A stretch of 41,960 bases of DNA from Candidatus Woesearchaeota archaeon (lineage in GTDB: Archaea; Nanobdellota; Nanobdellia; Woesearchaeales; UBA583): positions 1-41,960 of the forward strand of contig JBFKKL010000002.1 in the NCBI GenBank assembly GCA_041631255.1, given 5' to 3'. Shown one piece after another: positions 36,120 through 41,960 of this stretch. The notes beneath the pieces are model-generated. The model had not been told where the DNA came from. It searched no databases and saw only the letters and a list, made by a program, of their open reading frames with translations. A program made the translations under genes and the position numbers. Each line of letters starts with the position of its first letter. Within the stretch, counting starts at the first letter, position 1.

Positions 36120-38383
36120 GAAAATCAAAGAAAGGGTTATCATTTATACTTTTGATGTCAGTTTTTACTTTTGTAGCTTTTTTAATGGCAAACATTCTTT
36201 TAATTTCTCCAGCAAGATCAAGTGTTGATGACATTGAATTTGGAGAACAGCTAAAAAAAAGCTCATTAACTCAAGCTAAACTCCCTGCAGAAGAATTTTA
36301 TTTACAAAACGTAGTTGATACAGAAATAGAAGAAGTAAAAAACTATTTTTCAAAACAAAATATACTTCAATCTGGAGGCTCTTCTTGTGTTTCAACCAAT
36401 TCTGAATATTGGTACGATGAAAGTCAAGGAAGTATTAATTCAACAGATTCTCAAGGAAATACTATTATTAAAAACAAATGCCTCCCAAATTTTGATTCAA
36501 CGCTTTTACAAAAACTTTATGGTGAAATCGAATCTGAAATCAAATCTGAATTAGAAGATAGTAAAGATAAAAGAGGTGTTACGGACACTTCAATTTCACT
36601 TGAACTGGGACAAGACTTAGGAGCAGACATTAACCTTCAAAGTCTCTACAAAATTGAAACTTCAACTTCAACTTCAACAATTCCTTTATCTTTCACTCAA
36701 AAAATATCTTTAGAATCATATGCAAAAACTTTGGAAAATATTGTAACTAATCTTCCAAATGTTCCAATCGAATTGTCAAATGAAGTACAAATTTGTCTTG
36801 AAGGAAATTCAAATAAAACAAAAGATATTTGTATAGAAGAAATTGTTAAGAAAAGATTGGATTTAAATTCTAATGTTTCCGATTTTTCAACACGAGTAGA
36901 TTATCTCAACACATTTTCTGATAAAGATTATTTCGTTTTAGATATTGGAATAGTAAATCAAAAAACAAAAAATTTAGAGTTTTCATTTAGAATTAAACTT
37001 GAAAATTCAATTCCTTTTGAATTAGTAGGTTTCAATGTTGAGAATAGTTTAAGAAATAACAATGTTCTAAAAGTTTCAATTAACAAACCTGTTGACACAA
37101 CAAATTTACATGGATTTATTATTCTTTATTCATATGAAAATTTCTTTGATGAATCAAGTTATGGAAAAGAAAAGTATGATAATCTAATTCAACTATTAAA
37201 AGATAGACAAGTCCCTCCAAAATTTTCTCCAAGAGTCTCTCACTTTGAAGGAAGGACGGGTAAAAAAATTGATGAAAGTTCGCACACAATTTTTCATTCA
37301 TATTCAAATTTAAATTTGAATGCACTATACATTCCTTGGGAAAATCAACAAAAAGTAGAAACTTTCATAACTCAAAATTTTAATTCAGTTTCAAATAAAT
37401 ATGAAATTCTAGAAAATATTCCGGTTCACGTATTCGTGTTTGCAGTGGACAAACAATTTAATTATTATATAAATCCAGAATTATTCAAACAAAGAATTCA
37501 ATCTAAAACTCCTCAAATAAATTTTGGCCCTTCAGGACTTGAGAAAAATAAAGTGACTCTTGAAGCTCAAAGACAGGGGTTCGATTCAACACTTTTTATT
37601 GACATAAAAGATTATGATGATGAATTTTTTTCATACTATGATTTATACGTAATAAAAAAACAAGACGAACTTAGTTTGAAACCTAGATGTGAAGGGGCGA
37701 GCGTTCCTTGTTTTTATTACAATGGTAATGGAAAATTAACTAGCAAAGATTCAAAAATCGCTTTAACTTCTTCTCAACTTTCAAATGAGCAAAAGAATCA
37801 AATATCTGAATATGAAATCATTCAAACAACAATCTTTCCTCTTGAAAGTTTAGAAGAATACATTGTACAAATTATACCTATTGGAGTAACAGGGATTGGA
37901 ATTACAAAAACGGAATTAAAACAATTTGAATTTGTTGAAAGTTCAATTGGACCACAAGGAGATGAAACAAATTATTTGAAAGCAGTTCAAGTTGATAAAA
38001 GAGAAGAACCTTTCAAAGAAAAGTTTGTACCTCTTGACCAAACTCCTCCGGACCCAATGACTTCAATTCAAGTTTCACAAGGTTTAATTCAGGTAAACCA
38101 AGAAGGAGTTGAAGTATTATATATTCAATGGTCTCCACTTGAAGCAGGTATTGAAAAAATTAATGTCTTAGTTGAAGTATATGATTCAACAGGAACTACA
38201 AAAATAGATTCCATTCCTAAATTCATAACTCTTGATAATACTAAAGTAATTGATTTAGATTCTTCAATAGGTAAAGTTGAAGTAAAACCTATAATTCCTA
38301 TTGATAGTAGTGGGAATCAAGTTGGCAATCCTCAAGCTTATCAGGGCCAAACTCAAAGTGCATTCTGGACAAGAGTTAGTTAG
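36116..38383 (+). CDS. large prepilin-like surface protein (755 aa) with FN3/Ig-like modules
   Basis: ATGA start/stop overlap with the preceding gene. The leader MRKSKKG is followed by LSFILLMSVFTFVAFLMANILLI. FN3-like signatures occur later (IPFELVGFNVEN...LKVSINKP...GFIILYS and DQTPPDPMT...LYIQWSPLEAG). Confidence 0.7.
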   Translation: MRKSKKGLSFILLMSVFTFVAFLMANILLISPARSSVDDIEFGEQLKKSSLTQAKLPAEEFYLQNVVDTEIEEVKNYFSKQNILQSGGSSCVSTNSEYWYDESQGSINSTDSQGNTIIKNKCLPNFDSTLLQKLYGEIESEIKSELEDSKDKRGVTDTSISLELGQDLGADINLQSLYKIETSTSTSTIPLSFTQKISLESYAKTLENIVTNLPNVPIELSNEVQICLEGNSNKTKDICIEEIVKKRLDLNSNVSDFSTRVDYLNTFSDKDYFVLDIGIVNQKTKNLEFSFRIKLENSIPFELVGFNVENSLRNNNVLKVSINKPVDTTNLHGFIILYSYENFFDESSYGKEKYDNLIQLLKDRQVPPKFSPRVSHFEGRTGKKIDESSHTIFHSYSNLNLNALYIPWENQQKVETFITQNFNSVSNKYEILENIPVHVFVFAVDKQFNYYINPELFKQRIQSKTPQINFGPSGLEKNKVTLEAQRQGFDSTLFIDIKDYDDEFFSYYDLYVIKKQDELSLKPRCEGASVPCFYYNGNGKLTSKDSKIALTSSQLSNEQKNQISEYEIIQTTIFPLESLEEYIVQIIPIGVTGIGITKTELKQFEFVESSIGPQGDETNYLKAVQVDKREEPFKEKFVPLDQTPPDPMTSIQVSQGLIQVNQEGVEVLYIQWSPLEAGIEKINVLVEVYDSTGTTKIDSIPKFITLDNTKVIDLDSSIGKVEVKPIIPIDSSGNQVGNPQAYQGQTQSAFWTRVS

Positions 38384-38447
38384 TTTTTTCTTCAAGTGAT
38401 ACGTTACATTTATAAGAGTAAAAGGTTCGGCATTTACTAAATTAAAA

Positions 38448-39722
38448 ATGGTTGCAATTTGCTTTTACTTTCAGGTCCATCAACCTTATAGAATTAAACC
38501 TTATAGAATATTTGACATTGGACATAACGACTCTTATTTTGACGAGAAAAAAAATCATGACATTATGCATAAAGTAGCTCACAAATGCTATCTTCCTATG
38601 AATCAAGTTCTTCTTGATTTAATCAATAAACATCATGGAAAATTCAAAATTTCATTTTCAATTTCAGGTGTTGCCCTAGAACAAATGGCAGAATATTATC
38701 CTGAAGTTTTGGAATCATTTCAAAGACTTGCTCAAACAGGTTGTGTTGAATTTTTATCTGAAACTTATTATCATTCATTAAGTTTCTTATACTCTCATGA
38801 AGAATTCAAAGAACAAATCGACAAACACAAAGAACTTATTAAGAAATACTTTAATCAAGAACCTCAAGTTTTCAGAAATACAGAATTAGTTTACACAAAT
38901 GATTTAGCAGACTTTATTGAAGAGTTAGGTTACAAAGGAATAATTTCTGAAGGATGGGATACAGTTTTAGGTTGGAGGTCACCTAATTTTGTTTACGAAC
39001 CTCAAAATACAAAAGGACACATTGCACTTTTAACTAAAAACTATAAACTCTCCGACGATATTGCTTTTAGGTTTTCAAACAGGGGCTGGGCTGAATGGCC
39101 ATTAAGCGTTGAGAAATACACAAGTTGGGTTAACTCAGTAAATGGTGTTGGTGATGTTATCAATCTATTTATGGATTACGAAACATTTGGAGAACATCAA
39201 TGGGCAGACACAGGTATTTTCGAATTCATGAAAGTTCTTCCTGAACAAGTATTAAATCATCCTGATAATTGTTTCGTAACGCCTAGTGAAGCAATTGAGA
39301 AGTTTCCTAAAAGGGATAAATTAGATGTACCTTTTCTTTTATCTTGGGCAGATACTGAAAGAGACTTAAGTGCATGGCTTGGAAATAAAATGCAACATTC
39401 ATCAGTTAGAGAAATTTTTGAACTAGAAAGGGAAGTTAAATCTTTGAACAATCCAAAACTTCTTGACTCTTGGAGAAAATTAACAACATCTGACCACTTT
39501 TATTATATGTGCACAAAATATTGGGAAGACGGAGATGTTCACAAGTATTTCTCAGCTTATGATTCTCCATATGATGCTTACGTTTATTTCATGAATTGTT
39601 TGAATGATTTAATAATTAGGATTCAAAGGGAGAAAGATAAGCTTCAGGTTCAGAAATCATTTGCAAAAGCACCAGAAAAAGCTGTTGACATCAATGGACT
39701 TAAGAGTGCTGTTGAAGACTAA
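38448..39722 (+). CDS. glycoside hydrolase family 57 (alpha-amylase-like)
   Basis: N-terminal ICFYFQVHQPYR motif and MDYETFGEHQW catalytic-region motif. The 424-aa length fits short GH57 enzymes. Confidence 0.88.
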   Translation: MVAICFYFQVHQPYRIKPYRIFDIGHNDSYFDEKKNHDIMHKVAHKCYLPMNQVLLDLINKHHGKFKISFSISGVALEQMAEYYPEVLESFQRLAQTGCVEFLSETYYHSLSFLYSHEEFKEQIDKHKELIKKYFNQEPQVFRNTELVYTNDLADFIEELGYKGIISEGWDTVLGWRSPNFVYEPQNTKGHIALLTKNYKLSDDIAFRFSNRGWAEWPLSVEKYTSWVNSVNGVGDVINLFMDYETFGEHQWADTGIFEFMKVLPEQVLNHPDNCFVTPSEAIEKFPKRDKLDVPFLLSWADTERDLSAWLGNKMQHSSVREIFELEREVKSLNNPKLLDSWRKLTTSDHFYYMCTKYWEDGDVHKYFSAYDSPYDAYVYFMNCLNDLIIRIQREKDKLQVQKSFAKAPEKAVDINGLKSAVED

Positions 39723-39724
39723 AC

Positions 39725-40255
39725 ATGAAACATATTTCATATAATTATTTTAGACCTTTTTTTTATTTTAATAGATTGTTTGCATTTTTCATAATTATTT
39801 CTTTAAGTCTAACATTCATGTTAATGAGTTTAGAAGAATTTTCAATAGAAATGTTTTTTCTAAAATTCTTTATTGTTTTTTTTATGATTATGGCAATAGG
39901 TGTTTTAGTTGAGTTTTCTTCCAAAGGAGAATACATTAATCCTCTTGATTGTTATTCAGTTCAAGGATTTGTAAAATCTTTTCTTGAAGTTTGTGAATTG
40001 GAGGGTGTCAATAAAGCAAAAAATTATCTTTTAAAATATGACAATAAATCCAAAAAATTTATCCAAAAAAACTTACACAACAGAAAATATTTTATCAGTA
40101 CAATAAAAAAGGAGAAGAAGACTTTTATTGTAACATTAATCGATGAAAAGAAGTTTTTTGAATATTTTTTTATCAAATTTTTTGTAAGAAAAGCAATAAT
40201 AAAACTATATATCCACAAAAAAGGCAACTCATTTGAGATAATTAGGTGCAGTTAG
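39725..40255 (+). CDS. hypothetical membrane protein (176 aa)
   Basis: The ATG lies 2 nt after the GH57 stop. Two hydrophobic helices are followed by a Lys-rich soluble part. No recognisable motif. Confidence 0.5.
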   Translation: MKHISYNYFRPFFYFNRLFAFFIIISLSLTFMLMSLEEFSIEMFFLKFFIVFFMIMAIGVLVEFSSKGEYINPLDCYSVQGFVKSFLEVCELEGVNKAKNYLLKYDNKSKKFIQKNLHNRKYFISTIKKEKKTFIVTLIDEKKFFEYFFIKFFVRKAIIKLYIHKKGNSFEIIRCS

Positions 40256-40353
40256 TTTTTCTCAAAAACTTAAAACTCAATAATTATTTATGTTTTGTTA
40301 AAAAATAAAAACCTTTATAAATAATCTATTGCTTAATATATGAAGAGAAAAAA

Positions 40354-41109
40354 ATGGTTAACGTATTAAAATTAAATGTAGCTGAAACATACCATTCAGA
40401 TATTGGGAAAGGAATTGTTAGAGTTGATAAGAAAACTCTTTCAAATTTAGATTTGTCTGAAGGGGATTATATTCTAATTAAAGGAAAATCAGAAACACTT
40501 GCAAGAGTTTATCTAGCTCTTCCAGAAGATGAAAATTTAGAAATTCTAAGGATGGACTCTTCAATTAGATCAAATGTTGGAGTAACCCTTGGAGATCAAG
40601 TTGATATTCAAAAAGCTCAAGTAAGTGAAGCAAAAACTCTTGAAATTTCTCCTACTGAAGAAGTAAAATTTTCAGGAGACCCAACTGCTTTATTTCATGA
40701 GAAATTAAATGGTAAAGCTTTAGTAAAAGGGAATGTAGTTCAATTCAACATTATGGGAACAACACTTCATTATGTTGTAACTAAAACTAATCCTAAAAAA
40801 TTTGTTAGAGTAACTAAAGATACTAAATTAAAAGTTTTAGATAAAGTAACTAAGCCTCAAGATTTGAAAGTTCCAAGTATTACATATGATGATATTGGAG
40901 GATTAAAAGAAGAAGTTTCGGCAATTAGAGAAATGATTGAAATTCCTATGAAACATCCAGAAGTATTTGAGAGAATTGGGATTTCACCTCCTAAAGGAGT
41001 TTTACTTTATGGGCCTCCTGGAACTGGTAAAACTCTTCTTGCTAAAGCTCTTGCAAACGAACTTGATGCTTATTTCAAAGTAATCAATGGTCCCGAAATT
41101 ATGAGTTAA
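40354..41109 (+). CDS. cdc48: CDC48/VCP-like AAA+ ATPase, N-terminal part (N domain + D1 Walker A), ending at a premature in-frame TAA
   Basis: N-domain LKLNVAE...[10 protein letters not shown]...GDYILIKG, then ITYDDIGGL and Walker [14 protein letters not shown]. It stops at TAA 41107-41109 within [14 protein letters not shown]. Confidence 0.9.
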   Translation: MVNVLKLNVAETYHSDIGKGIVRVDKKTLSNLDLSEGDYILIKGKSETLARVYLALPEDENLEILRMDSSIRSNVGVTLGDQVDIQKAQVSEAKTLEISPTEEVKFSGDPTALFHEKLNGKALVKGNVVQFNIMGTTLHYVVTKTNPKKFVRVTKDTKLKVLDKVTKPQDLKVPSITYDDIGGLKEEVSAIREMIEIPMKHPEVFERIGISPPKGVLLYGPPGTGKTLLAKALANELDAYFKVINGPEIMS

Positions 41110-41960
41110 TATTACGGAGAATCAGAAAAACAGCTAAGGGAAATTTTTGAAGAAGCGGAAAAAAATTCTCCCGCAATTATTTTTATTGATGAGATAGATT
41201 CAATAGCTCCAAACAGAGATGAAGTAAGTGGTGAAGCAGAAAGAAGAATTGTGGCGCAGCTTCTAACAACTATGGACGGTCTTAAAGGTAGAGGCAATGT
41301 TGTTGTAATTGCTGCAACAAATAGACAAAATTCAATTGACCCTGCACTAAGACGGCCGGGAAGGTTCGATAGGGAAATTCCAATCAATCCTCCATCAAGA
41401 GAAGGAAGATTAGAAATTTTAAATGTCCACACAAGAGGTATGCCACTTTATTCGGATGTGAATTTAGAAAAAATTGCAGATTTAACACATGGATTCACAG
41501 GTGCAGATTTAGAAGTTTTAACAAAAGAAGCTGCAATGAAAGCTCTAAAAAAATGGATACCTGATTTAGTTAGATTTGAAGATACAATTCCAACTGAGTC
41601 TTTAGAGCATATTAGAATTAAGATGTCTCATTTTACAGACGCACTTCATCATGTTGAACCTTCAGCAATGAGAGAAGTTTTAATCAGAAAACCTAATGTT
41701 GAATGGGATTCAATAGGTGGTTTAGAAGATGCCAAAAGAGATTTGAAAGAAATGGTTGAAATGCCACTTAAAGAACCTGAAGTATTTAGGGAAGTTGGAA
41801 TTACTGCGCCTAAAGGAATTCTTTTAACAGGGCCTCCTGGAACTGGTAAGACTCTTCTTGCTAAAGCTGTTGCAACAGAAAGTGAAGCTAATTTCATTTC
41901 AGTTAAAGGACCTGAACTTGTTTCAAAATGGGTTGGAGAATCTGAAAAAGCAGTAAGAGA
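41110..41960 (+). CDS. cdc48: same-frame continuation of CDC48/VCP (rest of D1, linker, start of D2); no start codon of its own; 3' partial at the window edge
   Basis: Hand translation in the same frame gives [34 protein letters not shown]...[22 protein letters not shown]...[17 protein letters not shown]...[17 protein letters not shown]. There are no further stops. Confidence 0.88.

Noticed and set aside
36659-36676. The (ACTTCA)x3 microsatellite
   Set aside because: It has only three units, sits in-frame encoding TSTSTS within a Ser/Thr-rich linker of the 755-aa protein, and is too short to claim as a functional repeat.
41107-41109. Genome-wide reassignment of TAA as a sense codon, as an explanation for the in-frame stop in cdc48
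   Set aside because: TAA ends many well-defined genes here at the expected protein lengths (glgP, psmA, tbp, glyS, aIF5A, L40e, sufB). TGA and TAG also act as stops, so a standard code fits the window.
1-41960. CRISPR arrays, rRNA genes, transposases or integrases, toxin-antitoxin pairs or recognisable defence genes
   Set aside because: No regularly spaced direct repeats, no non-coding gap longer than about 120 nt and no recognisable nuclease, recombinase or defence motifs were seen. Absence is judged by eye only.

Overview
Product calls rest on motifs I recognise by eye, not on searches. Start codons are provisional where alternatives exist. The window is strongly AT-rich (not computed) and very gene-dense, with about 48 protein genes, one tRNA, spacers mostly under 120 nt and several overlapping gene ends. 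It carries many archaeal information-processing genes: TBP, aEF-1beta, Cbf5, aIF5A, L40e, proteasome alpha, DRG GTPase, CDC48, RNase Z, RNase HI and Gly/Arg/Cys/Trp-tRNA synthetases. It also holds a suf Fe-S cluster (sufB-sufD-x-sufS), two glycogen genes (GT35 phosphorylase, GH57) and tRNA-Leu(CAA). The compact housekeeping core sits alongside many prepilin-like (class III signal) proteins and Cys-rich secreted proteins. Together these suggest a small-genome, possibly episymbiotic DPANN-type archaeon (inference). Main hunt results: (1) A tightly coupled triad at 33788-38383 encodes an orphan 592-aa cytoplasmic protein plus two prepilin-like proteins, one of 755 aa with FN3-like modules. It is the best candidate for an undescribed surface-filament or adhesion module. 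(2) A 491-aa secreted Cys-rich mosaic protein ends in two thrombospondin type-1-like repeats with a near-identical 76-nt duplication. (3) SufB carries a 382-aa LAGLIDADG intein, followed by a GC-rich codon island. (4) CDC48 is broken by one in-frame TAA at a conserved Lys codon. (5) There are two apparent pseudo-enzymes: a tandem degenerate HIT protein and a degenerate methyltransferase-like ORF coupled to cysS. (6) TATA boxes sit about 26 nt upstream of many ATGs, implying mostly leaderless mRNAs. No CRISPR array, rRNA, transposase or integrase was seen.
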